Assembly: GCA_028534125.1 (NCBI GenBank)
Contig: CM052817.1
Location: forward strand, 38,442,001 to 38,506,000
Length of the DNA: 64,000 nt
Direction: 5' to 3'
DNA from: Lama glama
Taxonomy: Eukaryota
The notes under the pieces were generated by a model that saw only the letters and a list, made by a program, of their open reading frames with translations, ran no database searches and had not been told where the DNA came from. The position numbers and the translations under genes are program-made. Each line of letters starts with the position of its first letter. Positions within the stretch are counted from its first letter, which is position 1. Positions 50,535 through 63,664 of this stretch are shown one piece after another.

Positions 50535-50700
50535 CTGTAACAGAATAAAAAATGGGAATGTGGCCCACAGTGGTAAAGTTCCCCCAAGCCTTCCTCAGTG
50601 AATCTTGTTGTGGCATGAAAATCTCAGGTAATTTGCTTATCATCTTATGGGTAGACATACTGTCTCCCTTTGGTAGAGAGATATGTATATATGCATATGT

Positions 50701-50736
50701 GTCTGTCTGTCTGTGTGTGTGTGTGTGTGTGTGTGT
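50701..50736. repeat. (TCTG)n(TG)n microsatellite
   Basis: Visible in sequence. Confidence 0.95.
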
Positions 50737-50980
50737 CCCCAGAAGAAACAGTATGGTTACCTACTACACGATCAGTAGGGAAAATTGGAGTGTCTACTTT
50801 GGATCATTCTGTGGGACTTGGAATGTCATCGGTGACTACGAACTCTCCTGGGTCTTAACCTTTCCCAAGTAACTGAGACAAGGAGAAATAAATTGCTGGT
50901 GGACTCTGGATGGGGACAGGTTCCGGTGTGAAACAAGTCCCTATGGTCAGGAGAGGAGGTTTCATCAAAGGTGTTCAGAG

Positions 50981-51117
50981 TGAGAGGACAGAGTTCAATG
51001 GTAGAGTGTGTGCGTAGCAGGCATAAGGTCCTGGGCTCAATCCCCAGTACCTCCATTAAAAAATAAACGTAATTACCTCCCCCTCAAAAATAAATAAATA
51101 AATAAATACTTCAGAAA
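50981..51117 (+). mobile_element. tRNA-derived SINE (camelid Vic-1-like)
   Basis: gaggacagagttcaatggtagag...gtcctgggctcaatccccagtacctcc; (AAAT)n tail; 14-bp TSD aaagRtgttcagag (50967 and 51118). Confidence 0.9.
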
Positions 51118-51930
51118 AAAGATGTTCAGAGAAAAGGCATGCTCACTTAGAAAGAACTTAATACACAGGAGCAATAGAGAAGGGCACCCTCTTAAAGGCT
51201 GAAAGTCTGGGAAAGTCCTCCCCTGACTATGGGAAAGTCCTGTTGATGATATAGTTTCCATTGTCCACCATCCACACTGGGATTCAACACAGTTACCCAT
51301 GTCTTTGCCTAAGATCTTATAAACTCATAGATTTTCATGTGACGTTGGTGTGGAGCATCAAGAGCTTGTCCTTCTGAGGCACCCTTCACGGAGGCAGGGC
51401 TGAAGGGACTGTGTCTAGATGTGGCAGATGGGGACCAGCAGGAAAGGAAGAGGTAGTCCACCCAGAAATCGGAAGCAGCCAGAAAGAGCACTCATATCAA
51501 GAAGCAACGGTCTGCTGCCACTTCAGGACACAATGAGACCGTCCACCTACCCATCCTTTCACCACAGGAAGTATCAAAACACTCAAAGCCAAGGTGCGAT
51601 TTTTAGCTCAGACTCTGACAAGAAAGAGATTATTTGAATGGAAAGAGAGCAAAATAAAGTCCTGCTGTTTTCCCTGCTCTCCAAGGAGAACACAGCTGGC
51701 TCTGCAGGACAGAGCGCTGAGGTTAGAAACAGAGCAGCAGGGCCAGGCAAGCCAACCAAAGGTACATCTCTGTGAACAAACAACGCTGTCCGCCAGGATT
51801 TTCAGAGCAGATTAGAGAGAAATGCGGCATTTTGTGGAAGTTAATAAGCAGAGATTTTGTATTTAAGGGGACATGGAGTAGAATAAGGGACAAAGTAGTA
51901 AACAGTAAACCTGATACAAGAATACAGCCA

Positions 51931-51999
51931 TGATATGACTGGGACATTGTGCACCAGAAACTGACACACTGTAACTGACTATACTTCAGTAAAAAAAAT
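51931..51999 (+). mobile_element. 69-bp L1 3' tip
   Basis: caccagaaactgacacactgtaactgactatacttcagtaaaaaaa; exact TSD aatacagcca (51921 and 52000). Confidence 0.9.
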
Positions 52000-52019
52000 A
52001 ATACAGCCACAATAGACAC

Positions 52020-52250
52020 TGTATTTTCCAGTTGCCACCAATCTCCTTTTTTGTAAATAATAGAACCCCAGTTTTAGCTAAAAGACAGCATTTCCCAGCC
52101 TCTATTAGAGCAAGATTTGGGGACATCAAATCCACCCTGTACTATCTACCTCCAGATTTATTTTACTTATAAAAAAAACTATGTTATTTAAGTAACTGTT
52201 ATTTTAGGTTTTCTGTAATAGTCAGTTTCACCCAATCCTAAATGATATAA
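52020..52250 (+). mobile_element. MaLR LTR fragment (MLT1J-like)
   Basis: aatagaaccccagttttag, catttcccagcct, ttatttaagtaactgttattttaggttttctgt...cctaaatgatata. Confidence 0.65.
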
Positions 52251-52699
52251 CAATTCCAGCACAGAGCCTGTGTGACAGTAATGACAAAAGTGAGCATCAT
52301 TGGAAATAGTTGAGGAAAAGAAGAGTACAGACTAGAAAAAAAAGATGTTAACTTGGGTACATGTTGTCAGTGAGACATACCTAAGCATAGAATTCAGACA
52401 TTGTAATTTGTACGTAAGATAGATGTATACAGTTTTTATTTCTGAACATTGGTTCAGGCATTCTCAATAAATACTTTTTTCAACTTCATAAAGTTTAGAG
52501 ATAGAGAAACTCTCCAGTATTTACAGGAACTAGGGTTCTGCCTGTCTGTCTGGTACCCATAACAAGAAAAACAGATCAGCAGCATTTCTTATACAACGCT
52601 GATGCTCACAGACTTTATTCCTAATTGTGATACAAGTTACTCAAGTACCATAGAAAACAATACAACATAGAAAGCATGGCCTTTGCCCTTAGCCTGCTT

Positions 52700-53775
52700 G
52701 CTTTCATTTCATAATGACTTATTGGGCATCTACTATGCAGGGCCCTATGCTAGACACTAGAGGCAGAGGGGGTAATAAGACAGATGCCCTGCCCTCAAGG
52801 ACTTACAGTTTAGAAAGGGACAGAGAACATAGGAAGGAAACAGATTCAACCCAAAGAGTAAGAAAATGCTTCCCAGGAAGCATTAGAAAAGTACATTTTA
52901 GAAAAATGCCCTTTAGCTCTCCAGATAAAGATAAGTAGAGGTAGTGTGGACAATGCCCAGGCAGGGAAAGTCACATGTAAACACTGGGAGATTCAAGAAA
53001 GCAAGCTACATTAGGATGTAACATGTTTGTTGAATGAGCTGCTTTTGATAGAAAGCAAACAGAAAACTTAATTTTTCTCCTGTCACTGGATTAATGTGCT
53101 TCTTTGGATCTTTCCCAAATGCCAGCCCCTTAATGCCACCCTGGGCCAATCCCATAGTTTACCCATTATTTTCAGCTCTAAAAATATGTCAATTTCAGGT
53201 ATTAAAAATTCCAGAGTCACAGATGTCAAAACTTCAGTCTCATAGCTTTCATTGATATCCACACACTGACCACTTCAACATTTCTCTCTCTGGCCCCAGA
53301 CTCTCCCTCAAACACCGACTGCCTGCATGACATCTGCGCTCAGGTGTCTCAGAATCAGCCTGTCCCCAGCCTGTTCCTCCCACAGCACAGCCCTTCTCAG
53401 TTAGTGACAGTTTCATCCTGCAGTTGCTCAGGCCAAAAATCACGCTAGTCTGTCCTCGTCTCTCATACCCTACCTCCAATTCTTAGCAAATCTGGTTGTC
53501 TTTATTGGTAAACATTTCTCATCTCTTCCACTCTTAACCCTCTCCCCCTTCCAATATATCCTCTACTCTTTTCTTTTTCCATAGCACATACCACCTTCTA
53601 CATATTTAATTTATTTCTACTGCTTTAATTTGGTTGTTTCTCCTCCCCTATTAGATTTTAAGGTCTGTATAGGCAAAGATCTTTCTATTTTTTTTTTCAC
53701 TGTTGTATTCCTTTGCCCAGAACAACAGCAGGTATACGATAAATACTCAGCAAATGTTTAGTGAAGGAATGAGTT
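52700..53775. mobile_element. L2 fragments (minus ~52700-53010; plus ~53270-53775)
   Basis: ttattgggcatctactatgcagggccctatgctagacact...; cagttgctcaggccaaaaa...ttcactgttgtattcc...aaatgtttagtgaaggaatga. Confidence 0.75.
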
Positions 53776-55124
53776 ATGCACACTTTCTCTCATCTCCCCA
53801 GCCGTAGCCTCCCAGACCTGCAGCAGGTAAGGAGAGTTGTCCATTTCTTCACTCTTCCTACTCTATCTCCTCCCCATCTCTCCAAGCTTCCCCAAAGTAG
53901 GGAACGGGGAGGAGGAATTAGAACAAAGGTGGCAGAGGTCTCCAGACTAGGCAGGTGTGCTTGCAGTTCTGTCTTGGCTGACCCCAGCTGGGTATCAGGT
54001 CCTCTGTGATGGGAGAGCATTCAATTACTGGTTGTTTCACGAGATGCACAGATGTTCTCCAGAGACAGTCCCTGGCCTCTGTGGGACCTGTGCACTGCAT
54101 TTGTTCCAAACAGACAACAAATACCCTCCACAGATTTTTGGCAAATCCCCCAAGCTTCGGCCCCTGGGGGTGCCTTCTCATTCAGAGCATACAGCCAGAT
54201 TCTCCTCACCCCTGCAGGGGCTGAGTGCTCCTCCATAGCATCCTCTTGGCCTATCCTCCCACACCCTTGCTCTGATAAATGCTTCTTCTACCAGCTGTTG
54301 CCTGGTCTCCTCCACCTTGGTACTCCAGTCAGTCTCCTGCCTTCATATTCACCAGGAGAATATAATTACCAGGCTCCATGTTCACATGTTTCCAATTCCT
54401 AGGGGAGAATTCTCCCAAGAATTCTCTCAACTCTCTGCTCCAGTACATACCAGAGTTCCCAAGCCAGCAAAGAATGTCGAGTGCAGCAAACATACAACAA
54501 GGATGAGTTTCTCTCTTTCAGACAACTCCAGCGTCTGCAAGTGATGCTCTTGATGACTCCTCACGTGTTTTGGGGAAGTGGATGCAGTCCCTCTGATTTG
54601 CTTGGAGGGAAATACCATAGCACCATCTAGTAATGCTCCTACTTTCCAATAATCTGTCTTTTGAATTTCCAATTTCCTCTTGTATAGATTGGATGTGAGT
54701 GATGGAAAATAAGTCACAAACTTACAGTGCTATGTTTTAGAAAGTTCTGTAGAAATGTCTAGCAGCTCTCTGTAGAAGTTGTAAACACCTATTACTGACT
54801 ACCATTAACTTTGAGGCTTCAGCAGAAATTCTAAGACAAAAGGAGAAGTCCCATTCCCACATTCAGCAACGCAGCAGTATCTGTGTTCATCTCAGTACAG
54901 GAGGAGCTTAGAGTCGAAAGTGGAAAGAGTTCCCAGATATAAAGCTGGATAGCTAAGTAAGGGTTAGATCATAAAATGTTTTTGTATGCCATGCTATGAA
55001 ATTTGGACTTTATTTTAAAACATTTTAGAACCATTGAAAAGTTTTAAGCAGGAAAGTAAAAAGGTCACATTTGCATTGTAACAAGTATCATTTTGGCTGA
55101 CAAGAGAGAATGGATTAACTCTCA

Positions 55125-55624
55125 NNNNNNNNNNNNNNNNNNNNNNNNNNNNNNNNNNNNNNNNNNNNNNNNNNNNNNNNNNNNNNNNNNNNNNNNNNNN
55201 NNNNNNNNNNNNNNNNNNNNNNNNNNNNNNNNNNNNNNNNNNNNNNNNNNNNNNNNNNNNNNNNNNNNNNNNNNNNNNNNNNNNNNNNNNNNNNNNNNNN
55301 NNNNNNNNNNNNNNNNNNNNNNNNNNNNNNNNNNNNNNNNNNNNNNNNNNNNNNNNNNNNNNNNNNNNNNNNNNNNNNNNNNNNNNNNNNNNNNNNNNNN
55401 NNNNNNNNNNNNNNNNNNNNNNNNNNNNNNNNNNNNNNNNNNNNNNNNNNNNNNNNNNNNNNNNNNNNNNNNNNNNNNNNNNNNNNNNNNNNNNNNNNNN
55501 NNNNNNNNNNNNNNNNNNNNNNNNNNNNNNNNNNNNNNNNNNNNNNNNNNNNNNNNNNNNNNNNNNNNNNNNNNNNNNNNNNNNNNNNNNNNNNNNNNNN
55601 NNNNNNNNNNNNNNNNNNNNNNNN
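55125..55624. other. Assembly gap (500 N)
   Basis: Run of n. Confidence 1.
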
Positions 55625-56715
55625 ACATACTCAGAATACACAAAACACTGCAGGAAAGCAATAAAGAGCCTAACCTCTCTCCTCTAGGTTATAACATTCT
55701 ACATAAATAGGATACAGCAGGTTCACTGCATTTTGCCTTACCCTCCCTTTAAAATAAAGCAAGTTTCTATTTCCTGTCTGGTGAGTTGATGACGTCTACT
55801 ACAAGAAAGGACATCAGTGCACAGGTAAGCAGTAACAACCTCCTAACTGAGAAGGGCTGTAAGGCTTTAGAAAATACCCCTGCCCAACTAATCTGCCATT
55901 ATTCTTGGAAAGAAAGAGGGAAGGAAAGAAGAGAAAGGAGGAAGGAAGGAGTGGGAAGGAAGGGAGGGAGGAATAAGCAAAGAAGTGAACAAATAAACAT
56001 ATGGAAAAGAAGATACTTTATAGTTTAATTTCTCTGGATTACTTAGAAGTCTTTAACAGCATTGTTTAACGAAGAACACTTGGACAATGTAAGTTAATGC
56101 AGAATAGTGGTACAAAAGACACTTTGCCATAAATAGAGAGTTGGTTCTATGTCAAGGAAAAAGGGATAGTGATAAATGGGTCTCTCTTTCTCTCTCTCTC
56201 ACTTTCTTTGTCAGTGTTGAGCATCCACTCTGCTCCAGGTGATTAACATACATTCATTTAACTTAGTCCATGCAATAACTCCATGGAAGAGATGTTACTA
56301 TTTGCCAGAAGTGTGATGAGAAATCTGAATGTTGAAGACCAGGAGAAAACATCTGACTGAATCTGGGTAGGATCACATTCACTTTATAAATCAAACAGAA
56401 CCTTAATGGGGAAGTAATTCTTAAAAATCATTTGAAATTTGAAATTATGGCCTATAGAATCTCTGGGATGTTTTTACCAGAGAATGGTATATAGAAGGCA
56501 ATGCTAATTTTCCTCCAAATTCAATCAGATCCTTTTTGACTTCTATATGAAGAACATTAACCTACAAAGCATTGACTTTTTAAAAGCGCAGCCAATATAA
56601 AAATCAGAATATGGCACTATGAGCAGAGATATTTTATTCCCTTTCCCCTGTGGACTTTTTATTAATTCCATTAATCATAAAAATAAAAAGGAATCCTACT
56701 GGTTACATCCAGCAC

Positions 56716-56820
56716 CTTATAATGCTTTTTCACAATGTCAAATGATGCTTTCCATGGGAATCCAGATTATTCCATGGAAATGGAATAATAAGGTAGACAG
56801 CAGAAGTCTATTATATGTAT
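56716..56820 (-). other. Candidate (pseudo)exon, 105 nt
   Basis: Strong acceptor tctgcttctttctttttag, weak donor AAG|gtgctg; phase 0 gives IHIIDFCCLPYYSISME*SGFPWKASFDIVKKHYK; all frames contain a stop. Confidence 0.3.
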
Positions 56821-58742
56821 CTAAAAAGAAAGAAGCAGAGTTCCCATATGATACTGATACAGTAACCCCAGTAAATCCAATTACTTGAGACAATCAGTTT
56901 CTAAATTGGCTACCAGCCCCCGCTAGGATTAAGAGTTTGTTGACAATCCAAGTTTTTTATCTAAAATTCCCTGCAGGGCATCCCTGCTAATGGACTAATC
57001 AGACTTGTTAGGCCACAATGACAACTACATTTAATTAGACAACACTGGATTTCCCCTGCGCCTCCACTGTATATGAACTTAGTGAAAACAGGAATACAGA
57101 GTTAGGGGGATATCAGATGGACAAATACTACAATATAGTCAGTTTATCTGCTTTCATTTTTTTAATATGTTACTGATTTTATTGATTTTCTTGCTAAATA
57201 ATCTTAGACAACCTGCTCACTTAACCACATTGAACCACATCTTTCCAATACAAAAAATATTGACAATTAATGCTAGTATGTGACATTTCACAAGAATTGA
57301 AAATTCTGTTTAAAAAATTCTAAACCATCCAGAAGGAACCTTTATAAAGACAGCATATATCAGTTGAAAGAAAGAAAGTCACATGTCTTCCAATTGCTGT
57401 TAAAGACAATTGCTGTTAAAGAACAGGTTTTACACGATGACTTAAAATATACTCAAATCCAAATACATTAAAAACAACAACAAAGTAATAAAAACAATAG
57501 GTGATTATTGTAATTATTTCAGATGGTAAGTAAGCATATTAGATAGAGGTCCATATTAAGTTCTTCCTGCCATCTTTTAAGTAAGTATCTTCTAAACTAT
57601 TTCTAATCAATAAAAATATTTTCCAGGAAAATATTCCATGTGAAGAATTCTTTATAGTGCTGAAGAGATAACCTCGCAGACACAAATATTTACAAATGAG
57701 GAAACATGAGTAAAGCTATTAACATCTTGCCTAAAATTACACAGCTAGTAAGTAACAGAGCCTACGCTTTTATCACTACCAGAAATGAGTAAGAGATCCT
57801 TGAAAGTTACAATTTATCTAAAGGGAGTGAACATTCCCAATTTTTCTACATAACAGGAATAATTTTTTATTCATTCTAATGTCTCATCTAAAGAAGTTCA
57901 CATTGTTTAAATATGACATCCATGCTTGTTAAAAGCAGCTGTCTAAGAGGTCTTAATTTGTGAGTTTTTAGAACAAGAGGCTACATGTGTAAATGACTTA
58001 AATGTGGGAACCATTTTCAACCTGGCATTCATTATTGAAATTACACTGTAAAGAAGCATATGTGCCAACTGTCTCTGTTAAGAGAACATAAAATAGGAAA
58101 ATATCTTTTAAATGCTGAGAAATCTGGCAAAGATTCCTGGTGAGTCATAGACAATTGGGTGTGAATATTGCTGGCGGTTCACAAATGGTAAAGGCTTAGG
58201 AGTATACTGCCAGATGGGCAAAATAAGTAAAAAGAAGCAAAACTGGCAAGACCGTAAGTGGTAACTATGTTCAGGAGATGGACTCTTGCCCCAGAATTAA
58301 GGATCGGTATATAGTACTCATAACATTTTGGAGGAATCATCTGTTGAGATATGTACCATAGGAGAAATTACATCAGCTAAAACCTGGGAGTAGGCACTAA
58401 AACACATGGCATAACTAAAGGTTAAAAAGGAAATTCTGATTAAAGACAGACTGTGTAAGAATAGCTCTCAAGAAAACATTTGCACCATTGAAGTCAATGC
58501 CCAGGGTCTTCCTTGAAAAAGAAACAAACAAATAAAAAAAAGGGTTGCTTTTTTATTTTATTTTATATTGCTATTTTAGAAACACAAGATAAACATAAGA
58601 GCACTGGGTTTATTTTAATGAGCTACTTTTATGTACTGGTCACTTGAGTTAAATGGATACCACTGGAAAAACTTGACACCAGGGACCCAGATTTCAGTGT
58701 AACAACTTGAAGTGGTTCGAAGTAAGATCAAACGTAACTTAC

Positions 58743-58813
58743 TAAAAGAAGCTAAGAAGCGAAAGAGGTTTTTCAAAGACAATACCCAACGTCATGAATG
58801 GTTTTCAGACAAT
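58743..58813 (-). other. Candidate exon, 71 nt
   Basis: Acceptor ggcattttctttag, donor TTA|gtaagt; all three frames contain a stop (phase 0 gives IV*KPFMTLGIVFEKPLSLLSFF). Confidence 0.4.
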
Positions 58814-59099
58814 CTAAAGAAAATGCCATACCAATCAGAAGCTAGCTACTCAATTCCAATTTTTTAATGTAACAGGCAGCAGATAAGCAAATAGTAATTT
58901 CTTAATTTTTGGAGAAGAATTGAATATTCTCAGTATCAACCTGAGGGACAAAATAAATTTATGGAATAATAAACCTTATTTTTTACATAGACTATCACAA
59001 ACTACTAGATTTAAGGGAATTTTCATAACAAACCAAATGTCCAGTTAAAAAAATCATATGCTCTCACTTCTTTACATTAGGAAATCGGTTCCCTGAAGG

Positions 59100-59950
59100 A
59101 AAAGGTTCTTTTCACCTCTGCATTCCCAAATAGCTGGGACAATATCTGACTGCGGTGGCATTCACTTAATGTTTGTTAAATAGGTAATTGAATTCGTTCC
59201 AATAAAGGGGATGATTTTATACAATCTAGCAATATATTCTGATAATTACACTAGCTCAATTTCATAAAGCAATTTATAAACATAGTTTGGTTTTTACTAA
59301 AATATGACATGTCACCAAAATTTCATCTCTAATAGAGAGGACTTTATTTATTGGTAACATCTAGTAAGGACTTCCTTGTACCAAGCACTCTTGTAGGTTC
59401 TGGGAAGTTATAAATGAAGGACTTAGAATTTAGGGAGTTCCCACTTCCCAAACTCACATTACACTGTGAACAACAATAATAATAAAATGAAAACAAGAAG
59501 AAGAAAGAGAAGGAGAAATAAACAAGAAGGAGGAGGAAGAGGAGAAACATTTACTTTTCCAAACACTGTTTGCAGTATGTTAACTCATTTAATCCTGAAA
59601 ATAATCCCATGAGATAGATTACCATAATAATCCTGTTTTTCAGATGAACAAACCAAGAGACAGAGAGTTTCAGCAACTTGCCCAAGAGTTGGTAATAGTA
59701 AAATTAAATCCAAAGGTGTCTACTTCCAGAGGCCAAGGGCTTAAATTAACTATTCTGCTACACTGCCTCCCAAACACCTGAACAAAGAATACAAGAGTAC
59801 AAGAAGTGCCAATTACAAGAGGCACTGGATGGTTGAAAGCATGAAAAAAGTACCCTAAACTGACCTGAGGGATCAAGGAAGGTGATATCTGCACTTAGCT
59901 TTGAAAAGTGCATCAAGTTTGCCAGACAGAGGATGGGGAAAGAGGGGTGC
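59100..59950. mobile_element. L2 fragments with a nested MIR (~59570-59770, minus)
   Basis: aactcatttaatcctgaaaataatcccatgagatag...ttttcagatgaacaaaccaagagacagagag...acttgcccaag; flanking L2 motifs. Confidence 0.7.
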
Positions 59951-61087
59951 AGGCTGTGATACATAATAGAAAAGGCTGAGCTTCAGTTGGTTTATTAAAG
60001 AGGAGATGAAGACAGTTCTCCCTTTTTCCTTACCACCCACAAACACATATAAATATCATGTTTCCTCTAATTTAAGGCACTATCAATTGTAAAGTACACC
60101 TAGGTTTATCACTACAGAATGTGGGAAAGATGTGCATCTTTAAATCAATAACACACACAACATGCAGGCCTCCATTAACAATGAAACGTCACAGCAGTAT
60201 GGGAGCCTTCTGCTCTTGCAGTCTGGCTGCTGGGTTCCATCTTCACGCACACAGAGAAAAAATTTAATGGAAAGCTTATTACGTTTCATTTGTATGTTTT
60301 ACTTAATTGTCCTCATCCTAGTTAAAAATTATGTAAGTTTATAAAAGTGTCTGCCATATAAGTTTTTTTTAATAGAAAGTGAGATAAAGATAGAATGAAG
60401 AATTGTTAAAAGTGGAAAACAAATCTGGATCTGAGATTGTTAATGGTTGATCCAGTAAGGGAAACCCAATTTGTTACTAAAAAGACTATTTTCCTTGCAT
60501 GAAAACAACCAGTAATTGTCAAGAAGCAAACTTATCCACATCCCCCAAGCCCTACGATGAATTTCTCCGCTGAATTCTTACAAAGAATACATTCCAATAG
60601 AAAGTAAATTCTGAAAGTTATTTCTTAAAACATCTTTCAGTACAGGCTAATGGTATACTACATACTGCAATTTAGTAAAAGCAATTCAAGAAGGGTATAA
60701 AACAACCCACTCTAAAATACGGATCTCTCTGATAATCTAAGTCAGGGATAAACTTTCATGTCTAAAATGGGGACTGGATGGATTGCATATCACTCAAGTA
60801 ATCATGAAGCTAGGAAGATGGCTAGTCTCAACTTTGAAAAAGCACTGCATGGCATTAAAATCAAGATAATATTCTCCGACAAATACTTTGACTACAACTA
60901 TTGTATTTTTCCAATCAGCTCACCCAACTGAAAGTTTAATATCATTCTAGAAATGTGAAGAAACTTAATCACAACATATACATAAGTAAGTGTGCTCTTA
61001 GAAATATTTAACCACTAATAGTGTAGAATAAGATATCGACCATAGTGTGGAATATGTCCCAGCAGCCCCTCTCTATTAAGCCAAACC

Positions 61088-61516
61088 TTTTTTTTAATTG
61101 AAATATAATTGACTTACAATAGTGTATCATTTGCAGGTGTACAACATAGTAATTTGATATTTTCATAGACTATATGCCATACAAAGTCTATCTGCTGTGC
61201 TATAAATTATATTCTTGTAACTTATTTATTTTATACCTAGCAGTTTGTACCTCTTAATCCCCTTTACCTATTTTGACCCTTCCCCCGCCCCCTCCCCTTT
61301 GGTAAGAACCATTAGTTTGTTCTCTGTATCTGTGAGTCTGTTTCTGTTTTGTTATATTTATTCATTTGTTTTATTTTTAGATCCTGCATCTATGTAAAAA
61401 TATACAGTATATTTCTTTCTCTATCTGACTAATTTCACCAAGCATAACACCTTCCAAGTCCATCCATGTTGTAGAAAATGGCAAAATTTCATTCTTTTAT
61501 GGCTGAGTAATATTCC

Positions 61517-61555
<39 letters not shown>

Positions 61556-62712
61556 ACCACATCTTTATCCATTTATCTGTTGATGGACACTTTGGTTGAT
61601 TTCATATCTTGGCTATTGTAAGTAATGCTTCTATGAACATTGAGGTGCATTATCTTTTCATATTAGTGTTTTTGTTCTTCTGATAATACTCAGGAATAGA
61701 ATGCCTGGATAGTATGGTAGCTCTGTTTTTAATTTTTTGAGGAACCTCCATACTGTTTTCCATAGTGCCTGTGCCAATTTACATTCCCAGCCAACAGTGC
61801 ACAAGGGTTCCCTTTTCTCCACATCCTCGCCAACACTTATTGTTTCTCTTTTGTTGTTGTTAATAGCCACTCTGACTGGTGGAAGCTCATTATGGTTTTA
61901 ATTTGCATTTACGTGATGATGAGTAATGTTCAGTATCTTCTCATACGTCTATTAGCCATCTGCATGTTTTCTTTGGAGAAATGCCTATTCAGGTCTTCTG
62001 CCCATTTTAAATCAGGTTGTTTGCCTTTTTGATATTGAGTATCATAAGTTCTTTATATATTTTGGATACCAACTCTCATCAGATATATCATATGTAAATA
62101 TTTTCTCCCATTCAATAGATTGTCTTTTTATTTGTTGATGGTTTCCTTCACTGTGCAAAGGCTTTTTAGTCTGATGTAGTCCCATTTGTTTATTTTTGCT
62201 TTTATTGCCCTTGCCTGGGGAGACAGATCCAAAAAAAATATTGCAAAGACCAAATAGCAAAGTGTATTACCTATGTTTTATTCTAGGAGTTTTATGGTTT
62301 TGGGTCTTGCACTTAAGTCTTTAATCCATTTTGAGTTTATTTTTGTATGTAATGTAAGAAAATATTCTGGTTTCATTATTTTTATATGCAGTATTCCAGT
62401 TTTCACAACACCATTTATTGAAGAGATTATCTTTTCCCTATTGTATATCCTTGCCTTCTTTGTTGTAGATTAATTGACCATAGTATATGAGTTTATCTCT
62501 GGGCTGGCGATTCTGTTCCATTGGTCTACGCGTCTGTTTTTGTGCCACCACCATGTGCTTTGATTTCTGTAACTTTGTACTCCAGTCTGAAGTCAGGGAG
62601 CATGATATCTTCAGCTTTGTCCTTTCTTCTCAAGATTGCTTTGACTATCCAGGGTCTTTTGTGGACCCATATAAACTTTAGGATTCTTTTTCCTAGTTCT
62701 GTGAAAAATGTC
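61088..62712 (-). mobile_element. 5'-truncated L1, ~1.6 kb, containing a (TG)17 microsatellite at 61519-61553
   Basis: Poly-T start; antisense 3'UTR and ORF2 (translated pieces [40 protein letters not shown]). Confidence 0.95.
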
Positions 62713-63312
62713 CAGATCTTAACCCTTAAACTCATAGATTATAAGTAGGTATAGAGATCTCCTGAAATGAGGGGCTGAAGTGATTGGGGAAGGTGGGTAA
62801 GCTCAGTTTGTAACTACATCAACAAACTACAGCATGAAAATCTATACAGCTGAACATAAACTGAAGATTAAACTAGATAAGCAGGCTTCATAATCCACTG
62901 CAAATAAAAATAATACTCAATACTGAATTCCTACAAGAAAATGAAGTATCTCTTAGTCATTGGTTGTTTAATTGGCAGGACAAAAAAATAAAATCATGAC
63001 AGTAATCTAAAGAATGTTTTTATACTTGAGTAATGATACGATAACAACCTATGATGTTCGCTAAGATAATGTGTTACCTTGCATATTCTCTAATTACAAA
63101 ACCCTGTATAAGGCAAGAAACATTTAATAGTCTCCTCTGCCACTGTTGCCAATTTTCCCAGCAGCACCAAGGCTCTAGGATTCTTTTGGGAGCATCTTGG
63201 AAATGTGATTAGCAAGAGCAGTAACATAATCTTCCTACTTTGAAGTGCAATCAATGGTCAGAAGCAGTGGTTTCCTTCTAATAGTAATACTTCCCTATCT
63301 TGGACATCTTAC

Positions 63313-63383
63313 TACTCTGCTTATTTGTCCTGGTTTGTGATATTTGTATGACATCTTTAACATAAAGTAGCGATGAAAGATAT
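63313..63383 (-). other. Candidate exon (71 nt; or 42 nt from an inner acceptor at 63354)
   Basis: Donor GTA|gtaaga; 71-nt phase 2 gives (R)YLSSLLYVKDVIQISQTRTNKQS; 42-nt phase 0 gives MSYKYHKPGQISRV. Confidence 0.3.
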
Positions 63384-63664
63384 CTTTTTTAAAATAAGCA
63401 AAGGAGTAACAAATAGGATCTATTACAACTTTTAAAATCCTTAAGCTATTTATGTTGTAGAAAGCAGCCTTAAGCCACCTCTGCATGATCCTGTCGCAAT
63501 AACATAACTGACACTACTCAGGAAATGCTTTACGAACACAAAATGAAAGCATTCCTTGTAGTCCTAAACCCTATGTCTTTAAAAATATTAAAAAGTCTCA
63601 AAAAAGCTAATATTAATAGGAAATACTGCACATTCTAAAAAGTTGTCATGAAATGGAACGTCAC

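Noticed and set aside
53776..54717. Cluster of overlapping 70-116 aa ORFs
   Set aside because: Explained by locally higher GC; no recognisable protein or coherent splice structure.
15417..55710. Long ORFs of 179-269 aa at 15.4, 32.4 and 55.0 kb
   Set aside because: They consist almost entirely of X residues from the N-gaps.
56749..56780. Inverted repeat tttccatgggaat...attccatggaaa as a miRNA hairpin
   Set aside because: A stem of about 12 bp is too short for a pre-miRNA.
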